A DNA stretch of 49,335 nucleotides from a virus, in IMG/VR virus record IMGVR_UViG_3300026116_000052, positions 1 through 49,335 of that record, one strand, 5' to 3'. Below, in pieces: positions 30,190-40,431 of the stretch. A model generated the notes under the pieces. That model had not been told where the DNA came from and made no database searches. It saw only the letters and a program-made list of their open reading frames with translations. The number at the start of each line of letters is the position of its first letter. Position 1 is the first letter of the stretch. Position numbers and translations under genes: made by a program.

Positions 30190-31680
30190 GTGGCTGCGCA
30201 TGTTTCTTGGGAGGCTTACGCCCGCACAGTGGGCTACAGGCCGCACCCTGAACAGCGCAACTACCACCGCAGTAAGGCACGCTTCAAGGTTCCGGTTTGC
30301 GGGCGGCGGTTCGGTAAGAGTACGATGGCCGCCCGCGACCTGGGGCCGAAGTTGATCGATCGCTCCGGTGGCTGGTTCTGGATTGTCGGTCCGACCTACG
30401 ACCTTGCGGAGAAGGAGTTCCGCATCCTATGGAACGACCTGATGGTGGGCCGCAAGCTTGTAGAGGACAAGAGGGTCAAGCGCGCCTACAACAAGAAGCA
30501 AGGGGAGATGTACATTGAGTTTCCTTGGGGTACTCGCGTTGAGTGTCGTTCTGCACGTCATCCTGATACCTTGGTTGGTGAAGGTCTTTCTGGCGCGATC
30601 ATGTCGGAGGCCGCGAAGCAGCACGAGGAGACGTGGAAGCGTCACGTTCGTCCGGCACTGAGCGACAAGCGAGGCTGGGCCACCTTCCCAACAACGCCTG
30701 AGGGGCAGAACTGGCTGCACCGTCTGTGGCGACTGGGTAGGAACCCTGATCACCCGGCGTATGAGTCGTGGTCGTTTCCGAGTTGGAAGAACACCCACAT
30801 CTATCCTGAAGGGTTTATGGACCCCGAGATCCAGGAAATGTTCAACACCACGAGCAAGGACTGGTTCAACCAGGAGATCGGCGCCGACTTCACGGCCTTC
30901 GTGGGGAAGATTTACAACGAGTTCCAGGAAACGGACCACGTTCAGACCCTGACCTTCAACCCGAACTGGCCGAACTACATTGCCTTTGACTGGGGATTCA
31001 CGAACCCGTTGGCGGCAGTAGAGTTTCAGGTCGGTCCTTCGGACCAGGTGCACGTATGGCGAGTGCACTACAAGGCAGGTCTGACGATCCCTGACCACGC
31101 TCGCATGATGATGGCGCGCGAGCAACCGCCGGGCTACCACATTGTGATGGGCTTTGGCGACGCTGCCGACCCCGAAGCCGCGCTGCAGATGACGCGTGAG
31201 CTCGGGATTCCGGTTATCACCGACAACAAGGCCAAGGATAACTGGCGTCAGGGCATTGAGCTGGTCAAGCGGTTCCTGAAGCTCCGCGTGATTGGTGAGG
31301 ACCTCGATGGTGTTCCCATCGAAGAGTCGCTCATGAAGATCGACCACAGCTGCGAAGAACTGGTCGACGAGTTCAACAACTACAAGGTCAAGAAGAAGCC
31401 ACGCACGCAGGAAGACCAGAACGCACCGGAGATTGCGGCCAATGCGGCCAACCACGCCCTGGATGCACTGCGATATGGCCTGATGCACATCTTCGAACTG
31501 GGTGCAACGGCCAGTTTGAGTGACATCTACGGCTCTGATGGCTTCGCACAGACCAGTAGTGGTCTGTATGTGCCGCAGGATACCAACCCTAACGCCGGGT
31601 TGTTCGTTGCACAAGCCCCCGATGCAGACGGATGGATTGACGACATGGCAGGGATCTTCACGCAGAGCGGGGTGTTCTGA
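30190..31680 (+). CDS. terL: Terminase large subunit
   Basis: Walker A VCGRRFGKST. 496 aa. Positioned before the portal. GTG start. Confidence 0.85.
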   Translation: MAAHVSWEAYARTVGYRPHPEQRNYHRSKARFKVPVCGRRFGKSTMAARDLGPKLIDRSGGWFWIVGPTYDLAEKEFRILWNDLMVGRKLVEDKRVKRAYNKKQGEMYIEFPWGTRVECRSARHPDTLVGEGLSGAIMSEAAKQHEETWKRHVRPALSDKRGWATFPTTPEGQNWLHRLWRLGRNPDHPAYESWSFPSWKNTHIYPEGFMDPEIQEMFNTTSKDWFNQEIGADFTAFVGKIYNEFQETDHVQTLTFNPNWPNYIAFDWGFTNPLAAVEFQVGPSDQVHVWRVHYKAGLTIPDHARMMMAREQPPGYHIVMGFGDAADPEAALQMTRELGIPVITDNKAKDNWRQGIELVKRFLKLRVIGEDLDGVPIEESLMKIDHSCEELVDEFNNYKVKKKPRTQEDQNAPEIAANAANHALDALRYGLMHIFELGATASLSDIYGSDGFAQTSSGLYVPQDTNPNAGLFVAQAPDADGWIDDMAGIFTQSGVF

Positions 31681-33230
31681 TGGGTAAGAGCCGGAAGTCG
31701 GGACGTAGCAACCCGCGCCAGCAGCGTAACCAGCCGGCTGCTCCTGTCACTCTGACGAAGCCGCGCAACATCCACCTGAACGAAGTGCTCGACACGTACG
31801 ATCTTGTCGACGCGGACACCGAAACCAGCGTGCTGACCGTTGCTGAAAGGCCTGGTCAGCAGTTCGCCAACACTCAGCAGGTCGACTACCGCGAGCTTGG
31901 GTCGGCTGTTTCGAGCCCTTGGACCAGTTGGCTCGGCAGGGAGTACAACAACGTTCTCCGCGGCCACAATGGTCTGCGCAAGTACGACGAGATGCGGCGC
32001 TCTGACTCGACGGTCAAGGGTACGCTGAAGCTGGCTAAGACACCGATTCTGGGCGCGCGCTGGTACATCGAGCCGGCAAGCCAGAGCAGCCGCGACATCA
32101 ACGTGGCGAAGAAGATCTGGTGGAACCTCACCGAAGGTATGTCGACGAGCTGGCCGCAGTTCCTGACCGAGGCCTTGCTGATGCTGGACTTCGGCTACTA
32201 TATGTTCGAGAAGGTCTTCACCGACCAGAACCCGAACGCGCCTGCAGGTATGGGTGTGACGTGGAAGAAGTTCGGCCCGCGCCACCCGATGGATGTGACG
32301 GAGTGGCTCACCGACGCCAACGGTGGGCCGGCAGGTGTTCGGATGATGAACTCGGATGGTCACGAGATTGCCATCCCCATCTCGAAGCTGCTCGTGTTCA
32401 CGAACGAGAAGGAGGCCGGCGACATGACCGGCATCTCCTTGCTTCGTGCAGCCTTCAAGCCGTGGTACTTCAAGTCGCAGCTCGAGAAGATCGACGCGAT
32501 CCAGAAGGAGCGTCACGGCATCGGCATCCCGATCATCAAGCTGCCGGTCGGCTACAAGCCTGAGGACAAGATCCTCGCACAGAACCTGGGGCGCAACCTT
32601 CGTACGAACGAGCAGGCTCACATCGTGCTCCCTCCGATGTGGGAGATCCTGTTCGCCGACATGAAGGGTCAGCCTGTTAACGTACTTGACTCGATCAAGT
32701 ACCACAATGGCGAGATCGTCAAGAACATCCTGGCTGCTTTTATGGACGACCCGTCCGGTAGTGGCAAGGACGACGACCGAATCCTCTTCTTGAAGAGTGC
32801 ACGGTTCGCCGCCGATATCGTCGTTGACGTGATCAACAAGTACGCCATCCCCGAACTTGTCGATTACAACTGGCAGCGTGTCGGCTACCCGAAGATCTGT
32901 GCCCGCCGAATCGGTGAGCAGGCGGACTGGAGGACGATGTCCTTCGCGATCCGCAACATGGTTGGTGCCGGTATTATTCGGCCCGATGACAGGCTCGAGG
33001 AGAACATCCGTGAAGAAATGGACCTCCCTGCTGCGGATCCTGAGACGGTTCGTCTTCCGCCGACACCCCAGAATGGAGCTGCCGGTGGACCTGCGCCCGT
33101 TCCTCCAGGAGGACAGGCTAGCACACCTACTCCGCCTGGTCCAGGACGAGCAGGCCCGCCTCGGCAAGCCCCGGTCCCCACGGTGGGGGTACCTCGTCCC
33201 AATGCCGGAATCGACCGTTCAGGGAGCTGA
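31680..33230 (+). CDS. Portal protein
   Basis: 516 aa. TGATG coupling to terL. Canonical position. P/G-rich disordered C-terminus. Confidence 0.7.
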   Translation: MGKSRKSGRSNPRQQRNQPAAPVTLTKPRNIHLNEVLDTYDLVDADTETSVLTVAERPGQQFANTQQVDYRELGSAVSSPWTSWLGREYNNVLRGHNGLRKYDEMRRSDSTVKGTLKLAKTPILGARWYIEPASQSSRDINVAKKIWWNLTEGMSTSWPQFLTEALLMLDFGYYMFEKVFTDQNPNAPAGMGVTWKKFGPRHPMDVTEWLTDANGGPAGVRMMNSDGHEIAIPISKLLVFTNEKEAGDMTGISLLRAAFKPWYFKSQLEKIDAIQKERHGIGIPIIKLPVGYKPEDKILAQNLGRNLRTNEQAHIVLPPMWEILFADMKGQPVNVLDSIKYHNGEIVKNILAAFMDDPSGSGKDDDRILFLKSARFAADIVVDVINKYAIPELVDYNWQRVGYPKICARRIGEQADWRTMSFAIRNMVGAGIIRPDDRLEENIREEMDLPAADPETVRLPPTPQNGAAGGPAPVPPGGQASTPTPPGPGRAGPPRQAPVPTVGVPRPNAGIDRSGS

Positions 33231-33232
33231 TC

Positions 33233-33439
33233 ATGCCGAATCTGTACGTAGGGAAGCCGGTCAGCTACCTGACAAAGACCACAAACGGTCCGTGGAAGTG
33301 GACGGCTGCTAGGGTTGCTTCGGTCGTGAGCGCCTCTGTCGTCAAGCTGGTTTCGAATCAGGGCGTTCCGCTGAACGGAAACGGGAACGTGAACCTCCGT
33401 TCGACCCATGGTCAGACGAACGTCTGGAAGCACCACTGA
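33233..33439 (+). CDS. Hypothetical 68-aa protein
   Basis: ATG lies 2 nt after the portal stop. Confidence 0.45.
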   Translation: MPNLYVGKPVSYLTKTTNGPWKWTAARVASVVSASVVKLVSNQGVPLNGNGNVNLRSTHGQTNVWKHH

Positions 33440-33487
33440 CAACTACATGAAGATCGTGCGTGTGGAGGTTGGAATCACCTTCCCGCG

Positions 33488-33500
33488 TGTTACAGTAACA
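33488..33500. promoter_or_regulatory. Perfect 13-bp palindrome TGTTAC-A-GTAACA upstream of the protease/scaffold gene
   Basis: Read directly in the 124-nt gap 33440-33563. Its half-site equals the iteron hexamer of the AT-rich island. Confidence 0.5.
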
Positions 33501-33563
33501 GACAATCCCGTTGTAGTCCAAGGTTAACCTAGGTGAAAATTACCGAGAAGGGAGGTTCCTCAG

Positions 33564-34880
33564 ATGGGACAGTACGGTCTTTGGGTCGACGTCAGCGGCA
33601 TCAAGTTCGACGAGTCGGAAGGTACGTGGATCCAGGCGCTCCCGCTCGGAACCTACGAACATCCTGAGTACGGCACGATCGAGATCACGCCGGAAAAGGT
33701 CGCACAGTTCGCTCAGAACGTGGCGAACAAGGTTCGTGGTCAGGATCTCGACATCGACTACGACCACAAGCAGCGCGATGGCGTCGCTGCAGGCTGGGTC
33801 ACGGCCGCCGACGCTCGCGCAGACGGGCTCTACCTGAACGTGAAGTGGACCGACAAGGCCCTCAAGCACCTTCAGGACAAGGAGTACCGCTACTTCTCCC
33901 CGGAGTTCACCGACGAGTGGACGCACCCGGCGACGCAAGCAGTCCACAAGAACGTCCTGTTTGGAGGTGCGCTCACCAACCGACCGTTCCTGAAGGGTAT
34001 CCTTCCGATCAACCTCTCGGAGTTGATGATGGCAGACGGGCCGACGCCGCCGGGTGGTGGCGGAAGCGACAGCGGTTCGAGCGGTGGCTCGAGCGGTTCC
34101 AGTGGCGGTTCGAGCGATGCTCCCCAGTCGCAGAGCGCCGACAAGGTGGTCAGCGAGCTCGCGGGCCTCCTCAAGCTCCCGAACAACTCGAGTCCGGACC
34201 TGGTTCTGGGCGCGATGATGATGAAGCTCGGGACGACGGGTGGCGGCGCTCCGCCGAAGCCCAAGGACAACAACGACGACGGCGGTGATGGTGGCGACGG
34301 TACGCCGAACCCGCCGAAGCCCCCGGCACCCGCGCACCCCGCGCCGGCGCCCCAGATGAGCGAAGGAGGTGCCGGCGACGTGACGGGGATCCAGCTGTCC
34401 GAAGAGGACAAGAAGAACCCGACGACAGTGGCGCTGGCGGAAGCCGTGCAGCGGATGGAAGGCCTGATCACCACGCAGGCCAACGTCATCAAGGGTCTGT
34501 CCGCGGACAACGCCAAGTACAAGGCGAGCGAGGTCCTCGACGGCATTGGCGAGGGCAACGTCAAGCTGTCGCCGGCAGCCAAGGATGCCGCGCAGGCACT
34601 CATGCTGTCGGAGAAGCCCGAGGAGCGCGCACAGGGCCTGAAGGACCTGCTGACGACGATCACCAAGGGCGCGGCGACGGTTCAGTTCGGCGAGATGGGT
34701 TCGGCGGGCAACCACGGCGGCGGCAAGTCGGCGATCAAGGCCTTCAACGAGGCGGTCTCGGAGCTGCAGAAGACGAACGAGAAGATGTCGTTCAACGAAG
34801 CCGTGCACCAGGTCGGTGTCCAGAACCCCCAGCTGCAGCTCGACTACCTCGAGGCTGTCCGCTCGGGCGAGACGGTCTGA
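33564..34880 (+). CDS. Capsid maturation protease (Mu gpI-like) fused to a scaffold-like helical C-terminal region
   Basis: The N-terminal about 150 aa (YRYFSPEF...FGGALTNRPFL) resemble Mu-like prophage protease I. G/S/P-rich linkers are followed by a helical tail. It sits directly upstream of the capsid genes. Confidence 0.55.
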   Translation: MGQYGLWVDVSGIKFDESEGTWIQALPLGTYEHPEYGTIEITPEKVAQFAQNVANKVRGQDLDIDYDHKQRDGVAAGWVTAADARADGLYLNVKWTDKALKHLQDKEYRYFSPEFTDEWTHPATQAVHKNVLFGGALTNRPFLKGILPINLSELMMADGPTPPGGGGSDSGSSGGSSGSSGGSSDAPQSQSADKVVSELAGLLKLPNNSSPDLVLGAMMMKLGTTGGGAPPKPKDNNDDGGDGGDGTPNPPKPPAPAHPAPAPQMSEGGAGDVTGIQLSEEDKKNPTTVALAEAVQRMEGLITTQANVIKGLSADNAKYKASEVLDGIGEGNVKLSPAAKDAAQALMLSEKPEERAQGLKDLLTTITKGAATVQFGEMGSAGNHGGGKSAIKAFNEAVSELQKTNEKMSFNEAVHQVGVQNPQLQLDYLEAVRSGETV

Positions 34881-34896
34881 GGGGAGGTAGAGAGAT

Positions 34897-35355
34897 ATGG
34901 CGGGTCCCAACTTCGTCCTCGACAAGGGCTTCAAGGTCGCCGCGGCGGCTACGAACGTCCAGGCAGGCCGATTCTGCAAGTTCAACGCCGGCACGACCGG
35001 CGACACGGTCACGACCTCGGCAGCTCCCACTGCTGGTGCTGCTCCGCTCGCCGCGGAGTTCATCGTCGGTGTGTACCAGGACGAGATCGTCGGCATGGAC
35101 GCGGCCAAGGTCGCGACCGGCAAGGCCACGATCAACGTCCGCATGCTCGGCATCAGTCGCATGATCGCCGGCGCTGCGGTCGTCATCGGCGCACGAGTCA
35201 CCTCCGACTCAACGGGTCGGGCCGTGACGGCGGCTCCGGCTGCCGGCGCGAGCATCCAGGCTCCGGGTGTCGCCCTCACGGCTGCGGCCGCTGCGGGCGA
35301 CCTGATCGACGTCTTCATCAACCCGGTCGGCGTCGCGACCAACGGTGGTACGTGA
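34897..35355 (+). CDS. Head decoration-like protein (DUF2190-like)
   Basis: 152 aa, Ala/Gly-rich and beta-like. Positioned between the scaffold and the major capsid. Confidence 0.4.
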   Translation: MAGPNFVLDKGFKVAAAATNVQAGRFCKFNAGTTGDTVTTSAAPTAGAAPLAAEFIVGVYQDEIVGMDAAKVATGKATINVRMLGISRMIAGAAVVIGARVTSDSTGRAVTAAPAAGASIQAPGVALTAAAAAGDLIDVFINPVGVATNGGT

Positions 35356-35423
35356 TGCCTGTCACGATGCCGATCTGGTCCGAACACTCCGCCAACCAGC
35401 CTCAGGAAGGAGGTGCTCGCTAA

Positions 35424-36422
35424 ATGGCAGCATACAGCCCGTCGGGCAGCGGCAACGTCCACGTCGATCAGGTCCTCACGAACATCTCGATGCAGTGGCC
35501 TGGCAACACGGACTTCGTGGGCGAGCAGCTGTTCCCGTCGATCAACGTCAAGAAGCAGTCGGACAAGTACTACATCTACGATCGTGAGACCTGGAAGCTC
35601 GAGATGCACGACGTGCGAGCGCCCGGGTCGGTTGCCAACGAGATTCCCGGTCCCCGGATCTCGCTGGACACCTACTACGCGAACGAGCACTCGCTGCAGA
35701 TCGCGGTCACGGACGAAGAGCGTACGAACGCCGACGCTCCGCTGACGCCGGATCAGGACGCCACCGACATCGTCACCATGCGGATCCTGCTGGGCCGCGA
35801 GAAGGCGATGAAGGACATGGTGACGAACACCGCCAACTACGCCGCCGGCATGAGCGTCACGCTCACCACCGGTGCGGGCGGTACGTCATGGAACACGTCG
35901 AACTACAGCACCTCGGACCCGATCTCCGACGTGCGTACCGGCATCCGTGCGATCCACTCGAAGATCTTCACACCGCCCACGGTGGCGGTGGTCCCCTGGC
36001 TCGTGATGTCGAACCTGGAAGACCACCCGGACTTCATCGAACGGATCAAGTACTCCGAGCGCGGCATCATCACGCAGGAGATCATCGCGGCGTTCTTCGG
36101 CATCCCGAAGATCATCGTGCCCGGCGTGGGCTACTCCACCGCGGCGACGGGCGTTCCGGTCACCGGCGCGAACGTTACCTACCTCTGGGGCAAGGACGTC
36201 GTCCTCGCCTACGTGCCCGGCCGTCCCGGCATCAAGCAGATGGGCACCGGCTACGAGTTCGTCTGGGGCTACCCCCAGGACCAGGTCGTCGATCGGTGGC
36301 GTGAGGACCCGCGCAAGTCGGACCTCATCCGCTGCTCGCGTCGGTACGACCTGAAGCTCGTGGGTCAGGAGGGTGACGGCCTGTTGGTCACTGCCTACCT
36401 GATCAAGAACGCGATCGCCTGA
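35424..36422 (+). CDS. Major capsid protein
   Basis: 332 aa. Canonical position after the protease/scaffold. AGGAGG RBS. Lambda gpE-like size. Confidence 0.7.
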   Translation: MAAYSPSGSGNVHVDQVLTNISMQWPGNTDFVGEQLFPSINVKKQSDKYYIYDRETWKLEMHDVRAPGSVANEIPGPRISLDTYYANEHSLQIAVTDEERTNADAPLTPDQDATDIVTMRILLGREKAMKDMVTNTANYAAGMSVTLTTGAGGTSWNTSNYSTSDPISDVRTGIRAIHSKIFTPPTVAVVPWLVMSNLEDHPDFIERIKYSERGIITQEIIAAFFGIPKIIVPGVGYSTAATGVPVTGANVTYLWGKDVVLAYVPGRPGIKQMGTGYEFVWGYPQDQVVDRWREDPRKSDLIRCSRRYDLKLVGQEGDGLLVTAYLIKNAIA

Positions 36423-36628
36423 TGTCGGCGTACGTGTTCAACAACATGAAGGTCGGGAACCTCATGGTTCGCGACGCGGGCAGCGGCGTGGACCTGGGCC
36501 TGTCCCAGGAAAACGTTCCCGGCGTCCAGGGCGTGGTGTCGGTCAATCTGAATCTGGCCTACACCAGCCCGCAGTCGGTGCCGATCGACCCCCGCAAGAA
36601 CTACAAGGTCACCATCGAGGAGGTGTAG
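36422..36628 (+). CDS. Hypothetical 68-aa structural-region protein
   Basis: TGATG coupling to the capsid gene. Confidence 0.5.
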   Translation: MSAYVFNNMKVGNLMVRDAGSGVDLGLSQENVPGVQGVVSVNLNLAYTSPQSVPIDPRKNYKVTIEEV

Positions 36629-36631
36629 AGG

Positions 36632-37213
36632 ATGACGGATTACTACGCAACCACCCAGATCTCGGTCAACACGGCCGACGAAGGACGACCGCGCAAGATC
36701 GAGTACTTGCCGCCCTACAAGGCCGCCGGTCAGGACGAGTGGGAGGAAGCACTCGGCGAGGACCAGTTCGAGGCCTTCGTCAAGGAGGGCGTTCTGGTCG
36801 AGGTGACCGAGGACACCAAGGTCGACGAGCAGGGCTTCATCCACTTCAAGCGGATCGGGTTCGGCAGTTCCGTGGTCGACGACCCCAACGCTCCGCCGGA
36901 CGAGGACGTCGCCAAGCAGCTGACGGACGAGGACGTCGAGACCGCGAAGGCGCAGCGCGGCGAGGGCACCGGCCAGCCGCCGGGTCTGGGTACCGAAGCG
37001 AAGACGGACGACGGCAAGTCGGCCACCGAGAGCGGTACCGTGGTTTCGAACGACGCGGCTTCCGTGCGCGCCGAGGAGACCGAGGCCAAGGGTGGACCGG
37101 CAGCCAAGCCTGCGGTGAACGAGGCGGCCAAGCCGGTCGCGGCTCAGGAGCCCGGTTCCCAGGGGAGCTCGGGCAAGGCGGCGGGCAAGGCCTCGCCGCA
37201 GGCGAAGAAGTAG
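36632..37213 (+). CDS. Hypothetical acidic / low-complexity structural-region protein
   Basis: 193-aa ORF after GAGGAGG. Confidence 0.5.
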   Translation: MTDYYATTQISVNTADEGRPRKIEYLPPYKAAGQDEWEEALGEDQFEAFVKEGVLVEVTEDTKVDEQGFIHFKRIGFGSSVVDDPNAPPDEDVAKQLTDEDVETAKAQRGEGTGQPPGLGTEAKTDDGKSATESGTVVSNDAASVRAEETEAKGGPAAKPAVNEAAKPVAAQEPGSQGSSGKAAGKASPQAKK

Positions 37214-37234
37214 TCTGGAGAGGAGGGTAGGCTC

Positions 37235-37684
37235 ATGGCGCGGATTGTAGTCGCTGATGCACAGGCTTGGCTCGACGGAACCAAGCTGACCATTGCGACG
37301 CTTGAGCCTGCCCTCCTCGCTCAGGTCGAGTCCCAGATCGTCTCCTCTCTGGACAACGCTTTCGACATTACTGGTTGGGTGGACGACACCACCACGCCGG
37401 CGATCGTCAAGACCATCATTGCCATGAACTACGTGGCATGGCTGTACGACAGGTCGTACAGCGAAGATCAGGAACAGGGTAACGACTACGCGGCTCTCCT
37501 CCGTGCGCAGGCAGCTGCGCTACTGGCAGGATTGGTAGACGGTAGTATCGTCATCCCTGGACAGGAGACCGAGAACATCGGTACTCCCGAATTCTTTCCG
37601 ACTGATGCCTCCTCCGTGCTTGCTCCGACAGACCTTGAGCCTTCGCTCGGTCCTGCGAGCTTCAACATGTGGGGAGTCTTCTGA
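37235..37684 (+). CDS. Head-tail adaptor/connector-like protein
   Basis: 149 aa. Called from position and size only. Confidence 0.4.
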   Translation: MARIVVADAQAWLDGTKLTIATLEPALLAQVESQIVSSLDNAFDITGWVDDTTTPAIVKTIIAMNYVAWLYDRSYSEDQEQGNDYAALLRAQAAALLAGLVDGSIVIPGQETENIGTPEFFPTDASSVLAPTDLEPSLGPASFNMWGVF

Positions 37685-38343
37685 TGCCTGCCTTCCCTAA
37701 CGTACGAGGCCTGCGCCTCCATGATGGCATTGTGTCTTTTGAGTTCAAGCCGAGTGTCGGCATCCTGGCACGGGACATCGACAAGCTCGGCCTCGACATC
37801 CGCTCATTCCGAGAGCCGTTGCGGCGCGCTGTCAAAGAAGTCATGATCCCTTCGATCAAGAAGAACTTCACTCAGCAAGGGCGTCCTGGGTGGGAGCCCC
37901 TCGCGGAGGACACGCAGCTACTTCGGGACCGCCTCGGTCTGAGCGGACCTATCTTGCGGCGTACTGGTGCGCTGATGCGAAACATGGGTTACACCACCAT
38001 GTGGGACATCACGCAGGACTATGCCATCATCAAGGATCTTCCGCCGCGTGTTTGGTATGGGAAGGTCCACCAAGAGGGCATTAGCACCATGCGCACTCGT
38101 ATGAAGAACGAGATGCAGAAGGCTGCTAAGAAGGGCTTTAAGCTCTCCCCGGGCGAGGCAGCCAAACGTGTTCAGAAGCAGATCGACGCCGACATTTTGT
38201 CTGGCAAGGCAGCGAAGCATAGCACCACGAATATACCTGCACGGCCGTTCGTGATGTTCCAGGATGAGGACTACGACGCTATCGGTGGTGTCTTCAACAA
38301 GTGGCTCGGTGAACGTGCTGCTAAAGCCGGCTGGAAGGGGTAG
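37684..38343 (+). CDS. Virion morphogenesis / tail-completion-like protein (Mu gpG / S-like)
   Basis: KKNFTQQGRPGWEPLAEDT...GPILRRTGALMRNMG matches the hallmark layout of this family. ATG 37684 is in a TGATG overlap. Confidence 0.5.
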   Translation: MPAFPNVRGLRLHDGIVSFEFKPSVGILARDIDKLGLDIRSFREPLRRAVKEVMIPSIKKNFTQQGRPGWEPLAEDTQLLRDRLGLSGPILRRTGALMRNMGYTTMWDITQDYAIIKDLPPRVWYGKVHQEGISTMRTRMKNEMQKAAKKGFKLSPGEAAKRVQKQIDADILSGKAAKHSTTNIPARPFVMFQDEDYDAIGGVFNKWLGERAAKAGWKG

Positions 38344-38345
38344 TC

Positions 38346-38804
38346 ATGGCTGACCCTTCCGACCGTCTCGTCGATGTCACCGATGCGGTCTACCAGGCGG
38401 TACTCGCCAAGAAGGTCGATGTTGGCCTGCAGGACGTCTGGTTCGGCGAACACGACAAGCTTCCACGTCTGCCTGCTGTCTGTGTGATCGGTGACACCAA
38501 GGAGCGGGAAGACCGTGGCGCTCCTCGACTGGTCACCAATACGTTCAGAGTCAGGTGCGACCTGTACGTTGTGAAGATCAGCACACAGGCAGACATCGAC
38601 CGTGACGCACTCACACTGGCAGACGACCTCGAAGAGGTACTGCATGAGGATCTCACCTTTGGTGGCATCGTCATCGGTAGTCTGGTGAGATCCAACGAGC
38701 AGGGCGTAGTGGATAAGGCAGGGACGAGGTACCGTACGGCACGCCTCACCCTGGAGTTGATCAACCGTACGATGTTGCCGATGAGACCGGGGTACAACCA
38801 ATGA
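38346..38804 (+). CDS. Neck/tail-terminator-like protein
   Basis: 152 aa. Called from position only. Confidence 0.35.
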   Translation: MADPSDRLVDVTDAVYQAVLAKKVDVGLQDVWFGEHDKLPRLPAVCVIGDTKEREDRGAPRLVTNTFRVRCDLYVVKISTQADIDRDALTLADDLEEVLHEDLTFGGIVIGSLVRSNEQGVVDKAGTRYRTARLTLELINRTMLPMRPGYNQ

Positions 38805-39148
38805 GGCACTACTTGAAGGTGGACCTGCCGGAGCTGGCAGGCGCGAAGCGTTTGGTCGAGGTTCCTGGTCTCGGGGCTGTCATCAACCCGGGCACTTACG
38901 AGGTGCCCGAGGAGCTGCTGCCGCAGTTCAGGCAGCTGCACGGCTACGAGCTCAGGGATGCTAACTTCCAGCCGGGGGTCGAGTACGTCGAGGTCGACGA
39001 TCAGGTCCACCAGGACGACCCGGACGCGATCAAGTCCACAGCGTCGATCGAAGAGAAGACGCAGGAGCAGATCGAGGCCGAGTTCGAAGAAGGGTCGGCC
39101 GACAACGAAGCCCGCGAGGCCGAGCAGAAGAAGGAAGGTGACAGCTGA
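38801..39148 (+). CDS. Hypothetical structural-region protein with acidic tail
   Basis: ATGA coupling upstream. Confidence 0.45.
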   Translation: MRHYLKVDLPELAGAKRLVEVPGLGAVINPGTYEVPEELLPQFRQLHGYELRDANFQPGVEYVEVDDQVHQDDPDAIKSTASIEEKTQEQIEAEFEEGSADNEAREAEQKKEGDS

Positions 39149-40431
39149 TGACGAGTCCTGGCATCGGCGGTGGCGGCTTCATGGGCATTGCCCTGGAGCA
39201 GCTCGCCCCTCCCGTGCAGACAGCACCCTCGACGGCCACCAGTGGTGGCACGCTTGCTGCTGGCACGTGGCGCTACATGATCACAGCGATCAACGCCAAC
39301 GGTGAGACGCTGCCCTCCAACGAGATGTCTCAGGTCACGACTGGTGCCTCTTCGACGGTCACGGTGAACTGGAACGCCGTCGTCGGAGCAACCGGCTACA
39401 AGGTCTACCGTGTGCTCGCCGTCGGTGGCGGTACGGGTACGGAACTTCTGCTCACCACGCTCGGCAACGTCCTCACCTACATCGACACCGGCGCTCTCAC
39501 TCCGGCGGGGGCGTTGCCGACCGTCAACACCGCAGCCAATCCGAACACGTACTACGCACCGACCAAGTTCTTCCCGTTCCTCACCGAAGGTCTGTCCTAC
39601 AAGCAGGACACGCAGTGGCGCCGGCCGATCCGTCAGAACGTCGACAACCTCGGTGGTGTGCCGGGGAACGTCAACACTGAGGGTGACGTCGAGATGGAAG
39701 CCCTGATGGACGTCGCTCCGTACTTCCATGCGGCATCGAGGTGCGGCATCGTCAAGTCCGGTCCCGTGTCGAGCATCTACACCTACGTCGCAACGCCGAC
39801 GGCTGCTGGTGTTGCCACACGCACGCTGTCGATCACCATCGTCCGAAACGGTCGGGTGTTCGGCTACACGGGCTGTGTCGTCGGGACGTTCAAGTACTCG
39901 ATCGACAACGGCATGCTGAAGGCGACCTACTCGATCATCGGATCGGACGAGGCGAGCCAGAGCCTCCCCGCACCGACGTACACCAACCAGCTGCAGCCGT
40001 TCGGCGCCGGCGAGTACGACATCGAGATCCCCACCGCCACACAGGTGTTCGATGCCGACACGTTCGAGGTCTCGGTCGAGGACAACGCTGCGGCACAGTT
40101 CCGTCTGAAGAACACCGGCCGCGGTGCGCAGTTCGTCCAGTTCGGCGAGCGCAACGTCACAGTCTCCACCGAGCGAGACTTCCTCAGTCGAACCGAGTAC
40201 GACGCGTACAAGGCGCTGACTGCTCAGGCAATCATGCTGAAGGCCGTCAAGGCAACCGGCGAGGTCTTCCAGTTCGACATGCCGTCAGCGATCAAGGATA
40301 CGTACGAGATCGCACTCGGCGGCCAGGGTGATCTCGTCAGGGCCAGCATCAACTACATGGGCACCTTCGACGTCGCGACACAGAAGTCCTACACCCTCAC
40401 CATGAAGACGCTGGAATCCGTTCCTGTGTGA
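39148..40431 (+). CDS. Major tail protein with N-terminal FN3/Ig-like domain
   Basis: 427 aa immediately upstream of the chaperone pair. WRYMITAINANGETLPS...VTVNWNAVVGATGYKVYR is FN3-like. Confidence 0.6.
   Translation: MTSPGIGGGGFMGIALEQLAPPVQTAPSTATSGGTLAAGTWRYMITAINANGETLPSNEMSQVTTGASSTVTVNWNAVVGATGYKVYRVLAVGGGTGTELLLTTLGNVLTYIDTGALTPAGALPTVNTAANPNTYYAPTKFFPFLTEGLSYKQDTQWRRPIRQNVDNLGGVPGNVNTEGDVEMEALMDVAPYFHAASRCGIVKSGPVSSIYTYVATPTAAGVATRTLSITIVRNGRVFGYTGCVVGTFKYSIDNGMLKATYSIIGSDEASQSLPAPTYTNQLQPFGAGEYDIEIPTATQVFDADTFEVSVEDNAAAQFRLKNTGRGAQFVQFGERNVTVSTERDFLSRTEYDAYKALTAQAIMLKAVKATGEVFQFDMPSAIKDTYEIALGGQGDLVRASINYMGTFDVATQKSYTLTMKTLESVPV

Noticed and set aside
33540-35690. Very long antisense ORFs opposite well-supported genes, for example 33540-35690 (-) 716 aa, 31527-33167 (-) 546 aa, 30427-31614 (-) 395 aa, 13924-15195 (+) 423 aa, 23762-24862 (+) 366 aa and 15077-16168 (+) 363 aa
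   Set aside because: Their translations are dominated by R, L, V, G, A and P. They lack RBSs and lie opposite genes with clear motifs. This is the usual stop-codon-poor antisense frame artefact of high-GC DNA.
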